Origin: Eledone cirrhosa
Lineage: Eukaryota
DNA length: 64,000 nucleotides
NCBI GenBank assembly: GCA_964016885.1
Contig: OZ024747.1
Location: forward strand, 70,742,001-70,806,000
Reading direction: 5' to 3'
Part shown: positions 1 through 11,389 of the stretch, piece by piece
Position numbering within the stretch: the first letter of the stretch is position 1
How the letters are laid out: each line of letters begins with the position of its first letter
Translations under genes and position numbers: made by a program
Notes under the pieces: generated by a model
The model's input: the letters and a program-made list of their open reading frames with translations, nothing else
Databases searched by the model: none
What the model was told of the DNA's origin: nothing

Positions 1-19
1 TATATATATATATATATAT

Positions 20-360
20 GGAGGCATATGGCTTAGTGGTTAGAGCATTGGCCTTGCAATCGAAAGGTTGTGAGTTCAATTCTCAGACCGGGTGATGTGT
101 TGTTTCCTTGAGCAAGACACTTTATTTCACATTGCTCCAGTTTACTCAGCTGTACAAATGAGATGATATGGACTGGGGTTCCTATCATTCCACTGCAAAG
201 TGGTCGTGGGGGTGCCAAAAAAACCACCCAGCACTCACTGTAAATGAGGTTGGTGTTAGGAAGGGCATCCAGCTGTAGAAATCAAGCCAGAATCAGTTCC
301 CGTCCCACCCTTGCAAGCAGGGAAAAGTGGACGTAAGATGATGTTGATGATGATGATGAT
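20..360 (+). mobile_element. tRNA-headed SINE with an RTE-LINE-derived 3' tail, ending in (GAT)n
   Basis: Pol III A box TGGCTTAGTGG and B box GAGTTCAATTC. The 3' part (GGTTGGTGTTAGGAAGGGCATCCAGCTGTAGAAA...GGACGT..GATGATG) matches the RTE 3' end at about 17165-17315. Near-identical copies at 35405-35750 and 58166-58511. Confidence 0.9.
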
Positions 361-517
361 ATATATTGTTATGCTTTGGGAGGGTCATGTTGCCAATAAG
401 AAACACACGAACCAGTTGCTTTCACTCCAATTTATTATAAATTAAATTTATAAATTTAAGAATTTATAAATTTCCGGTTGGTTGGTTGGTTCCATAACCG
501 GACGGTTGTTCATATAT

Positions 518-562
518 TGTCAAGGTTCTTTCGTCACACATTCTGTGACCTCTTTAGTGATT
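518..562 (-). ncRNA. Degenerate hammerhead ribozyme of PLE family B
   Basis: Minus strand aatca-CTAAAGA-g-gtcac-agaatgt-gtgac-GAAA-gaacct-tgaca. The core carries a G>A change relative to the intact copy at 28801-28845. Confidence 0.6.
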
Positions 563-758
563 GGGGATTCTTTTCTTTGTTTTTGTGTCTCTCCTTTGTT
601 CTGTCCTACGCCATCTTGTTTTTGTGTGTGTTCCATGCTTAGTTTGCGCATGTGTTACATCCGGGTGTCTGTGTTTGTTTATATTTGTTTATTTATTTGT
701 TTATTTACATGTTACAGGTTGGTTGTTTGTTCTATGTGTGTGTGTTTTCATTTTGACC

Positions 759-1394
759 TTAATTGTAAGTTGTGATGTTGCTATTCCATTCATGTTTTCT
801 ATTTAATTTGGGTTGGAGTTCATTTATGTTTATTGCCTCTATGATTTGTCTAAACATTGCGTCTTTTCTGTGTGTAGATTCTATTTTTATTTCTATGTTC
901 TCTAATTTTCCCTTATGTTCTATTTTAGCATGTTGGTGGAGTATTGATGATTCTTTTTCATATTGCAGTTCTCGCCAGTGTTCATTTAACCGTTCTCCTA
1001 CACTACGAGCTGTCTCACCTATGTACACTATATTCTTATCTTTACATTGTCCTTCAGTACATCTTATGCTATATACTACATTTCTAGTTTTACAGTTAAT
1101 ATGGGGTCTTAGTTTACAGATTATGCATTTCTTATCTATACAGGGAGGTCTTTGAAAAGGGTATGTATTGCTAATAAGTGTTTTTATGGAGGTACCTGGT
1201 CTTTCTACTATCTTAATATTAAGCTTATCTTTATCTAGGGCCCTTCTAAATTTGTAAGCTAATTCACCTCTAGGGGTTGTATTGATGAACATTACACTCT
1301 GGTATTTATTGCTATCATACCATGAGTTTATTCTATTAACCTTATTCCTAGTTCTTTCTATTCTATTCCAAAATTTGCTCCTATACAAATTCAA
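759..1394 (-). CDS. PLE ORF C-terminus: RT thumb end, Cys linker and GIY-YIG endonuclease (partial)
   Basis: CIDKKCIIC linker; NVVYSIRC...C...VYIGET.R...RLNEH...SILHQH (GIY-YIG with CCHH); C-terminal EA..I....PKLN. Confidence 0.88.
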   Translation of the reverse strand: MNLYRSKFWNRIERTRNKVNRINSWYDSNKYQSVMFINTTPRGELAYKFRRALDKDKLNIKIVERPGTSIKTLISNTYPFQRPPCIDKKCIICKLRPHINCKTRNVVYSIRCTEGQCKDKNIVYIGETARSVGERLNEHWRELQYEKESSILHQHAKIEHKGKLENIEIKIESTHRKDAMFRQIIEAININELQPKLNRKHEWNSNITTYN

Positions 1395-1604
1395 ACTATA
1401 TTTCCATTATTTATTTTCAGAATAATTGATTATGAATAATTTTGAACCTCCAAATTTGTGGAAGAGACACGGATTTCTTCTTTGAATCCACGCTGGGAGT
1501 ACAAATAAGACCAGAAGATCAACTCCCAGAACAACAGGTGACTCACTGTCTCATCCAAAGACGTTCCCAGAGTCATGCAGACAAAGTTTCCAGAAAGGGA
1601 TAAT

Positions 1605-1930
1605 ATAATATAATAATTGTTTGTACTTTTACTTTTGGCACAAGGTCATCAATTACCCCAGTGCATTACTGTTGCTTTATTTTCTCAACCCTGTAAGGAT
1701 TACAGACAAAGTTTACCTTGGCATGATTTGAACTCAGAACGTAATGGACCATAACTGACATCCTACTGTTACTGCCAATTCACTTCCCTAAAATAATTGT
1801 TTCTACTTTTAGTACAAGGCCAGCAAATACCCCAGTGCATTATTGGTGCTTTATTTTATCAATCTCATAAGGATGAAAGGCAAAGCTAACCTTGGTGGAC
1901 TTTCTACTCAGTGCATAAAGAGATGGTTTT
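1605..1930 (-). mobile_element. Two tandem degenerate copies of a Meta-domain-like SINE with (TTA)n tail
   Basis: Reverse complement of the GAGTTCAAAT...ACTTTGCCTTTCATCCTTA...TTGCTGGCCTTGTGCC.AAAGTAGAAACAATTATT motif seen at 37075-37880. Confidence 0.75.
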
Positions 1931-4900
1931 GTCCACTACCTATTTGTTTGTGCCTTCATAGGAATATGGGTTTCTTAACAGGGTTCAAAGCCACAATTTT
2001 CTTTTGGTAAAGGGAGGGGCAGTTGTATATCAATACTCGACTGATAATTATTTTATCAGCTCCAAAAGGATAAAAGATTGAATCAACCTTTGAACTTAGA
2101 ACATAACTAAATACTGCAAAACATTTTATTTGGCTGCATAATGATTCTACCAAACCACCAACTTAGAAAAACATAAAAATAATGAAAGAGAATTTTATGT
2201 TGGAATCTTTTTGCATTGGGGAGGAGCACTAACAGCAATGCCAGAAATTCTTGAAATGGAAAATACTTAATTGTTTTTTACATATAATTTCTCTTTTTGG
2301 CCAGTCTAGTGTTAAATTCTAAGAAACAGAATATCTTGTAAAACTCAACCTCATTGCTAAATCTCTTATAGACCACCAGCTATTACCATTTTGTTAGATT
2401 CAATATTGGTTTATTACACTCACAGGGCCCTTGGATATGTGGCAGAAAATCTAAAGAATTATTTAAGTATGTTTCCATCATTTAAAACATTCATTTTACA
2501 AGAATATAACAGTGATTTGTTGGTGTTAGCATTAGAAAAATGCTAGACATTGTATCACAGTTTTGAAATCAGAAACCACATCAAAATTGAAACTCATAAA
2601 TTCTTAGTTATTTTGCTTTAGCTACATATCTCCCCAAAGAAAAGTAGCATTGCCTAAAAGTATATATTTCTGAAGTTAAAAAAAATAATGAGGATTTTTT
2701 TTACATCCACTGAGTGTATTTAGTGAATATTTGCATCGATTTCTAACTCTTTGTTTTGTAATATTTTGTGCTATTATTTATTATTTTATTTTGGTGCGGC
2801 AAAGGTGATATATGGCAGGCAGGTTCAGCAATAATCTTGCTTTATGATTAGATTCTCAGAGTCTAAAGATAGCATTGGGAATTTTTACAAACCACTAACA
2901 TGAATGCTCTAAAGGAAAATAAAACAATTTTTCACAGGAAAATATTATGCTTTACTAAAATGCATTATGCCAAGAATAAAAAGAGAAAAACTACAAACCT
3001 GAAATACTAAATATTCATTATCACCATTACCATCACGTCCACCTCCTCTTCCTCCTCATCGTCATTATTATTTTTCCTCGTGTGTGGTATATAGCCATTT
3101 CTTTTGATAAAGCTAATAGATAATGACTTTGCTAGATTAGGTCATTGCCTTAATTATGACACATTCTACAAAACTGTACTATGATTACTGACACAAGAAA
3201 ACATGCTATGAAGTAAACTAGTTGTAAAATATCCAGAATACTAGCTACCATCCAACCAAGCACTCTGAATGAGTGTGTAACATAATCACCAATAACTCTA
3301 AAAACAAGGCATTATATATTGTATTTGATTTATTAGTGATTCTGGGAAATTTTAGTAACTCTGTGTCATAGCTATGCTCCAGTAAGGTTGATTGTGGCAA
3401 TTCAACTATTTGCTTTAGTTCCTGTCCAGCTCTGCAATGTAATAATTTCCAAACAAACAACTATGAATTCAGTATCATTGAACTCATTAGTTGTAACTCT
3501 GCAAGTGACTTTAACATTTATTCTATTAAATTGATAAAATGATTCCTTAATTACACTTAATCTTAATTTTTGGTAGGTATTGAATTAATAGAATTCTCTT
3601 GATCATATATTTGATATAATGCAAGTGTCAAACGGGATTATATTTTTGATATCTCATGACAATTTGCAAGGATATATCCAGCCTGGTTCTTCTTTGTCAT
3701 TACACTCTTTCCCTTATTCACATATCTTTGTCAATATGCCTAGAATTAGTGGGGATGAGATTTGAAAGAGAAATAAAATGCTCCCAATATACATGCCAAA
3801 AATGAAATGTTCAAGCATACACACATGCATGCACACACACACATGCATACATATACATATATATATCATTATCTCTGTTTAACATACATTTTTCCATGCT
3901 ATATATATATATTTATATATATGGAGGGATAGAGCAAGAGACTATTGACCACATAGTCTTCTGTTCAAAACTAACTAATCAATAATTTGTGGCCCCCAAG
4001 GCAAAGTACTTTACTTTGCTAGCACCACTGTTCCAAGCTGAAAAACCATTGCCACTATTTTTTAAGGATTAAGTGATTAGCAGCAGGAAAACTAGTCATG
4101 ATGCTGTGAAGCCTAATATTACAAATTTTCCAAAAAGAAAATAGCAAAGGTAACAAAACTAGCTATAAGTGGAAATGTATCTGTAAAGGCAAATTGAAAT
4201 CTATGGGGCTCTTTTTTCATATACTATTTTAATATGAATCATCACATGTGCTTCTGAAAAATTATTGCTACTTACTTAAACTTTTCATGATCAAATTTTT
4301 CATAAAATACACTCTTTATCAGTTGTAGATTACTATTACACATCCATCAGAAAATATTCACTATATTTCTGTCCAGTCTTTACAATTCCTTAGAGCTCAG
4401 CCCTAGTTTTGCTTCATGTAGCATCAGCTTTCACACATAGGTATCATTCAAATTGCTTTTCACTTTCAAAGAAATCCTCTTTGTATCCCACAGATGTAGT
4501 AGCTCTTTAGACTTTTCCAGTGCGAAACCATTTTGCTGGTTTGAGAGCTGATGAGGGTGAAGATGTGTGTGTAAACTTGTCTTCTACATCACATTTTTTA
4601 GTTTTCTTTTTCCATTCCCTTCTGTGTGCCAGCACACTTCTAAATGTCATCCTCTTTCAATCTTTTCTATATTTAATCTAACTATCACCCACCTTGTGGA
4701 TTGTCTCTCTCTTGACCACTGGCTGCTGGTCTGTCTGTTGAGGCATTTAGCTGTTTTAACAGCTGTTCCAGCGAACAGTTTTCTCATCTTATATATGTAT
4801 TCAAATATACTCTCGCTTCGTCTCGATCAGAGACAACATTGTTTAATATAAATGTATATACATATACATTTATACCAGTGTATAAACGTGTTATAAGTTA

Positions 4901-4969
4901 AGAAGAATTCTACATATTGGACAATGTCAGGTACCACTGTTCGTATATGCATATGTATATATATATATA

Positions 4970-5211
4970 TATCATCATCATCATCATCATTTAACGTCCA
5001 TCTTCCACGCTTGCATGGGTTTAGACGGGAGTTTTCCCATTTGAGGCAAGATTGGTTGTCTTGCTCGTATAGGACTGTCTGGCAGGTTTTCTACAGCTGG
5101 ATGCCCTTCCCAACACCAACCACGTTTACAGTGTGAACTTGGAGGTTTTTACCGTGTTACCTACACGGCCACATCACAGCGTGGACTGTGTGTTTTTTTG
5201 TCGTGACACCT

Positions 5212-5215
<4 letters not shown>
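4970..5215 (-). mobile_element. RTE LINE 3' UTR fragment with (CAT)n tail on the + strand
   Basis: Reverse complement of 17070-17315. Confidence 0.85.
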
Positions 5216-5246
<31 letters not shown>

Positions 5247-5446
5247 AAGCTAGTTTCACAATAAATTAGCAAAGCATCCCAACTTGTCCCATGGAATTAG
5301 TGGTCTATTAACTACGGATATAAACACCTGGTGTTTCACCACTATATATATGTATATGTATGTATATATACATATATATATATGTATATATACATATATA
5401 TACATATATATATGTATATATATGTATATATATATGTATATATATA

Positions 5447-6553
5447 AACACCGATAACAAGTGGGGTGCCTCAGGGGACAGTCCTGGGACCACTACTGTT
5501 TTTGGTGGCTCTCTCGGACATGCCCTCTGTGGTGCATGCAACAACATCCCTCACTAGCTATGCTGATGACACTAAGGTAGCACAGGCAATCAAAAACCCG
5601 GCTGACGCTGCCCTCTTACAGCAGGATCTGGATGCCATATACAGATGGGCGGAAGAAAACAACATGCAGTTTAATGCTGGCAAATTCCAAGCCCTACAAT
5701 ACAAACCTACAAACACAAACACAAATATAGCGGAACACAGCTACACAGGACCAGGAGGGACCGATATCCCCGTGTCAAAATCGATACGAGACCTGGGCAT
5801 AGACATGAGCGATGATGCATCTTTTTCTTCACACATCATTAAGGTGGCGACAGCATGTAGACGATTCGCTGGCTGGATCTTGAGGACTTTCCTTACAAGA
5901 GATCGAGACACCATGTTGACACTGTGGAGGACTTTTGTCCTAAGCCGCCTGGACTACTGCTCCCAGCTGTGGTCACCCCATAGTGTCAAACTAACCACAG
6001 AGCTTGAGGCAATCCAGCGAAGCTACACCAAGAGGATTGCCAAGATGAGGGAGACAAGCTACTGGGAGAGGCTGAAGGAACTGAACCTCTACTCCTTGGA
6101 GCGAAGACGGGAGAGATACGCAGTGATCTACATGTGGAAAATCCTGGAGGGACTAGCACCAAACTTTGGCATTGGGAGCTGGACCAACCGTCGAACAGGA
6201 CGTCACTGTGTGGTGCCAAAGGTCCCGTCTTCCACATCTAGAATAAGGAGCAGGTATTGCAATAGCCTGGGATTCAAGGGCCCTCCACTCTTCAACAGGC
6301 TGCCGAGGCATCTGCGAGACTTGCATGACGTGGAGGTGGATGTCTTTAAGAAACATCTCGACACCTTGTTATCCAGGATCCCGGATGAGCCCACAGCAAG
6401 ACACGAGGGAAACCTAAGGGCAGCAGCAACAAATTCCCTCCTACACCAGTGGCCAACCTATACAGGCTGGAGATAAAATGTGTAGCAACAAGGGCGGTGC
6501 CCCAGCATGGCCTCAGCCGGATGGCTGAAACAGGTAAAAGAGTAAAAGAGTAA
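5447..6553 (+). mobile_element. 5'-truncated CR1-group LINE inserted in (TA)n
   Basis: RT motifs in ORF 5466-6476, a short 3' UTR and a (GTAAAAGA)n tail. Confidence 0.9.
5466..6476 (+). CDS. CR1-type reverse transcriptase, C-terminal half (partial, uninterrupted)
   Basis: [55 protein letters not shown]. Confidence 0.9.
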   Translation: MPQGTVLGPLLFLVALSDMPSVVHATTSLTSYADDTKVAQAIKNPADAALLQQDLDAIYRWAEENNMQFNAGKFQALQYKPTNTNTNIAEHSYTGPGGTDIPVSKSIRDLGIDMSDDASFSSHIIKVATACRRFAGWILRTFLTRDRDTMLTLWRTFVLSRLDYCSQLWSPHSVKLTTELEAIQRSYTKRIAKMRETSYWERLKELNLYSLERRRERYAVIYMWKILEGLAPNFGIGSWTNRRTGRHCVVPKVPSSTSRIRSRYCNSLGFKGPPLFNRLPRHLRDLHDVEVDVFKKHLDTLLSRIPDEPTARHEGNLRAAATNSLLHQWPTYTGWR

Positions 6554-6654
6554 TATATATAGTGGTGAAACACCACGTGTTTATATCCGTAGTTAATAGA
6601 CCACTAAGTCCATGGGACAAGTTGGGATGCTTTGCTAATTTATTGTGAAACTAG

Positions 6655-6719
<65 letters not shown>

Positions 6720-6844
6720 GGAGGTGAGTTTTATTGTAGTACAATAAAGCAATGCAGATATCGGATAAGAAGCACTCTACAGTTTGTAGAACTGGAGTAT
6801 ACATAATATATAAGAACAAAAAATGGTTAAAAGAGTTCCATGTA

Positions 6845-6911
6845 TTTTATTATGTGCATTTCAAAAACAAATATCATGTTGCAATAATATTTGTGTTTTC
6901 ATCAGATAAAA
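6845..6911 (-). ncRNA. Type-I hammerhead ribozyme, PLE family A, left arm
   Basis: Reverse complement of 7042-7108. Confidence 0.85.
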
Positions 6912-7041
6912 CAGGAGAACATGATATGAAGGCTAAAAAACACTTGTGGATAGTGCAGTTTTAAATCAACATATATGGATATGTTGATTTAAAACTGCAC
7001 TATCCACAAGTGTTTTTTAGCCTTCATATCATGTTCTCCTG

Positions 7042-7108
7042 TTTTATCTGATGAAAACACAAATATTATTGCAACATGATATTTGTTTTTGAAATGCACA
7101 TAATAAAA
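7042..7108 (+). ncRNA. Type-I hammerhead ribozyme, PLE family A, right arm
   Basis: Stem I TTTTAT/ATAAAA; core CTGATGA (7048-7054); stem II AAAC-ACAAATATTA...TGATATTTGT-TTT; GAAA (7091-7094); minimal stem III ATG-CA-CAT; triplet AUA, predicted cut after 7102. Confidence 0.87.
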
Positions 7109-7138
7109 TACATGGAACTCTTTTAACCATCTTTTGTT

Positions 7139-7210
<72 letters not shown>

Positions 7211-7399
7211 TACATATATACATATGCATATTCGAACAGTGGTACCTGACATTGTCCAATATGTAGAATTCTTCTTAACTTATAACACGTTTATACCCTT
7301 TTTTCTGCTTCAAGGGGTTATATCCTGATTTATTCACAACTATCTTATCATGATAATTCATGCTCTGGTTTTTTGTTTTAAAGACAAAACACAGTTTCG

Positions 7400-7401
<2 letters not shown>

Positions 7402-7481
<80 letters not shown>

Positions 7482-7483
7482 AC
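7402..7483. repeat. (CA)n microsatellite
   Basis: Direct reading. Confidence 0.95.
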
Positions 7484-9019
7484 ATATGACTTATATTAAA
7501 TTAATCCTTGACTAACCCTGATTTTATCTGTTGAATGTTCAAAATCATATGCATACGAGTACCTAAACAAACATGGGTGTGTGTGTGCTTAAATACTCAT
7601 GTGCAGGCATGTAAATGTGTATTTACATATTAGCAGATAAGTATCAGTGTCTATGTATTTATTCAAATACATGTATAAATATATATGTAGTATTATATAT
7701 ATGTTCTCAGACACATGCATATGCACATATATGCATATCTTGCTGTAGTTCTTTTTAGGACATTTATCAAGTTATTCATGTTGTGGTATACACAACAAGG
7801 ATCCAGATATATTTATCACGTTGGAATATATTTTTTTGTTTTACTAAATATAATCTGAGTAATATCCATGCTGGCTATCATCTAATTCTGTTGGAAACTT
7901 ATCAGCCTGCCTGTCAACCAGTCATGCTAGTAGTATTAAGAGCATAACTATGGAAGTTAGTAAAAACAGAGTAGATCTCTATCTCTTCATTCTTCCCCTT
8001 TCTCCTTCGCCAATTCTCTCTCTACTTCCATTTGTCTCTTCTTTCATATTCCTCTTAAAGTATCCTGGCACTTCACCCTCGTCCATCTGGCTGCAATCAT
8101 TCACAGTATTTTAGAAACATAATCTCCATTGAGTCCAGACTGTGATTCACTGGTGGAATTCATTACTGTTTAGGCTAGTCCTCTAATCACTGTGATCTGT
8201 TTTTGTGGAGACTGACTTCATGTTATGGGCCATTGATCTTCCACAGACTAAATAGGCTGAAACCTCTGTGTCCTGAGATGAATACAGAGTTTAATGGTAG
8301 CCACTACCATTACCCCCACCACCATCACCTCTAACACCCCCAACAACACCACTACCACAGAGAACACTATCACCACAACCATCAACAACAACCATTAAAA
8401 CAGCAAAAACAACACAAATATCAACTCCAGCACTCAACAGCAATCCCAATAAAATATACAGCAATCAGCACATTTTTTTAGTTGTTTTATTTTTTAAGAC
8501 TAGGAAGAAATCTTTCCTTGTCTATAATGAACATATCAATCTATCAGCAGAGAGGAAATAATAATACAGTTGAGTTTATGTGAATGAGCTTTGCTGGTGA
8601 GAATAAAAACTGATATCCATCACTGATAGTCAATGAGTAGGTTGGGATAAACAGCAGAGAGAAATAATCTAGAACTTATCAATAAAAACAAATGATTCCT
8701 GTAGAATATGGCAATAATATGAAGATGGATGTCGAAAAAATACGACCAAGGAAAGGATAATCTAATTTCTTTTTTCCCAAAGGATAATATTCAAGTATTC
8801 CTTAGGGTTTCGTTTTTCAACACATCATATACTAAGTCGTTTCCATCAATATTGAATATTTATTTACTCTGAGAAAGCAGCAGCCATATTATTCTATACT
8901 AGGTAGAGTTTAACTAGGTATTAAATCAAAGCAATAAGTATATATATTTTAATTGTAGTTTGTGTAGTCTGTAGACACACAAGAGATGTAGTGAAATAAC
9001 AGGTAAACAGAGAGGAAAT

Positions 9020-9530
9020 TAAATGTGTATACAGTTGATGCACAGGTGTAGTCAACAGTAAGAATACCCAAAAGATAAACTATCAGATCTACAAAAGGAG
9101 CACTAAAAGTTGGAGAAAAGTTTTGCTGTCTAGGATATATCATTGGTAGTGAAGGTGGATGTACCAAAAGTGTTATAGCCAGAGAGAGAACAGGGGAAAA
9201 GAAGTTCAGGATGGTATTAGTAGTGGAAATAAAGGATATCTCTCTTACAGATGAATGGTAGACTGTATGAAGTCTGTCTGCAAATTGCAATGCTACATAT
9301 CAGTGAAACATTGACATTGGCTGCAAAAGACTTGCAAAGGCTACAAAGATGTGAAGCAAGTATGCTCTGGTGGATGTGTAATATTAGTCTTCATGAATGA
9401 TGTAGCATGAGGAATTAGATGATGTTGTGTTGAGTCAGTAGCTGAAAATATTTCTAGTGCTGATGCCATTAAAAATGCACCCAGTACACCCTGTAAGGTG
9501 GTTGGTGATAGAAAGTACATCCCACTGTAT
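9020..9530 (+). mobile_element. Highly degenerate RTE LINE 3' fragment
   Basis: Relics of F.YLGD..GGC, LH.SETW and EASML.WMCN, plus the GGTTGGTG.TAG.AAG tail motif. Confidence 0.65.
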
Positions 9531-10954
9531 TTTAGGGAGAGAGGGCTTATAGCATCTCACTTAATATTCTCTGACATACTGAACCATATAAAATGAATAT
9601 GAAATAAATTATATACATAAAAAAGTGGGAGAGGTGTAGAATAATTGGTATATCTCCATCAAGCTAAGATCACAGTGTAGTATCAATCAGTAGTTGAAAC
9701 ATTTTTAGTTTACTTATGCTCCTTGGTAAACTTAATATGGTGGTTTGGAAGCCTTTAGCAGAGTTCATTATGTTCCAAGCATTCATGTTAGACATCCACT
9801 AATCACAGAAGCTCTGAAAAGTTTCATGGGCATTGCTTGTCTTTTTCTGACTGAGCATCTAAGAGAAAGGTATGAGTATCTTTCTACCCTCCTTTTAAAT
9901 ATAGGACCACATGTAAATAGCTACCATGGCTTTGATCCCTGGTTTCCTTCATCAGAGTTAGCCTGTGGGTAAACAAAAACAATGCACCCTATTTGTGAAA
10001 CTGAATATTATTATCCTCATAAAGTATATTGGATGTTTAATGCAACTTAAACTGATGGAGTTATTCTATTTGCAAGACTTATTTATTGTAGAATTCAATT
10101 TCAAAACTACAAACTAATGAAACATTCATTAAAATGCAGTGCCAGTAGCTGCCCAGAATAATGTAATGTACATATTCATGCTTCTTATTTTACAACCTAA
10201 TATATAGGAATATTAGAAGTTACCTGTCTTTGCCAAGAACATGGTTAAAACCAATGACATTATATAAACCAACAATCCTCTGGGTCTGACTCATTGGCCA
10301 GTACCCCTAACAACTCCCCTTTCTCTGTCTCTCATTGTCCAAACTTTGGTGCCAAAATAGCAAACCCTTAAACCATTCAGCTCCTCCGTCACTTTATCTA
10401 AGCAGAAGAAAGCAATTAGAATTTAAATGATGTATCATGCAATCAAATTACGGCACATTTTCTCTTATATCTAATTAAGATTGATTGAAACAGCAGAGTA
10501 GTCAATCAAAGGAATTATAATTCCAGCCTAGACTCCTTGCAATGTTTGTGTTTTCCAATATGTTAAAATATATTCACAGCATCTTGTTATCTAACAGAAA
10601 TGGTCAAAGCAAGATTACATTTCTTAATTATTTGTTGTACTGGTCAATTTAATTTACAATTGATTTATGTCTTCCGGCATTGAGAAATGTTGGAAGAAAT
10701 ACTCCAATCCATTACACTATATCGAAAGACATGCTTAGGCAATTTACTTTTGCACCATCAAAGGAAAATTAGAAACTTTAATTCCCTAATTCATTAAATT
10801 TACTTATTTTAATGGACAAGTAATAAATTACTTCATCAAATTGGTCTTGGTATTGAAACAAAGTAAACAGAAACTTTGAAAAACAATAAAGTTAAAAGTT
10901 GTCTGGCAAACCATTTGTGAGACAGTTGTATATTAATGTGATCTTGATATCAAA

Positions 10955-11375
10955 CATACATATGTCCATACCATCTCAGCTTTGTCTCCTGCACACCACA
11001 ACTTATCCCTCTTAGATACAGTTTCTTTCTCAACTCGTCTATGCTTGGTCGTTCACGCACATTGACATTGCACATGCAATGGAGCATGCTTGCTTCATTT
11101 CTCTCCAGCCGTTGCATATCCTCTGTAGTTGCTGCCCATGTTTCACTACCATGCAGCATCGCACATCTCACACAGGCATCATATAACTGTCCTTTCGTAC
11201 GCAGGGAAAAACCCTTCTTTGTCAACAAAGGAAGCAGCTCCCTAAACTTCTTCCAACCCATCCTTATTCTATGACCTCAGAACACCCCCACCCCACCCCA
11301 CCCATGCTAATCTGATCACCTAGGTACTGGAAACTATCAACCACTTCTATAGAACCCACCTGCATTGGAAAAAGG
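10955..11375 (-). mobile_element. RTE LINE C-terminal fragment
   Basis: ORF 10950-11261: GWKKFRELLPLL...LHGSETW...LRWYGHM. Confidence 0.85.
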
Positions 11376-11389
11376 AGGACTATATTGTC

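Larger units (their letters stand above)
364..1440 (-). mobile_element. 5'-truncated Penelope-like retroelement (family B, Neptune/Nematis-like): GIY-YIG region plus 3' pLTR
   Basis: ORF 759-1394 has a CxxxxCxxC linker and a GIY-YIG domain. The 3' region 364-820 recurs at 28647-29117. Confidence 0.88.
5246..6658. repeat. Inner inverted repeat, 5246-5342 against 6562-6658 (97 bp, each copy TA-flanked)
   Basis: AAAGCTAGTTTCACAATAAA...GGTGTTTCACCAC and its reverse complement, with about two mismatches and identical ends. Confidence 0.95.
6717..7146. mobile_element. Fold-back mini-element from the 3' end of PLE family A (tail 6717-6808, arms 6809-6974 and 6979-7146), flanked by (TA)n
   Basis: Near-perfect palindrome centred on ATGG at 6975-6978. 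The arm equals 24290-24457 and the tail is the reverse complement of 27470-27562. Confidence 0.93.
4880..7296. repeat. Outer inverted repeat, 4880-4960 against 7215-7296
   Basis: GTATAAACGTGTTATAAGTTAAGAAGAATTCTACATATTGGACAATGTCAGGTACCACTGTTCG and its reverse complement, about one mismatch. The identical peptide MSGTTVRICICIY appears on opposite strands in the ORF track. Confidence 0.95.

Noticed and set aside
20-92. tRNA gene
   Set aside because: It has A and B boxes but is the head of a multi-copy SINE, with no convincing acceptor stem.
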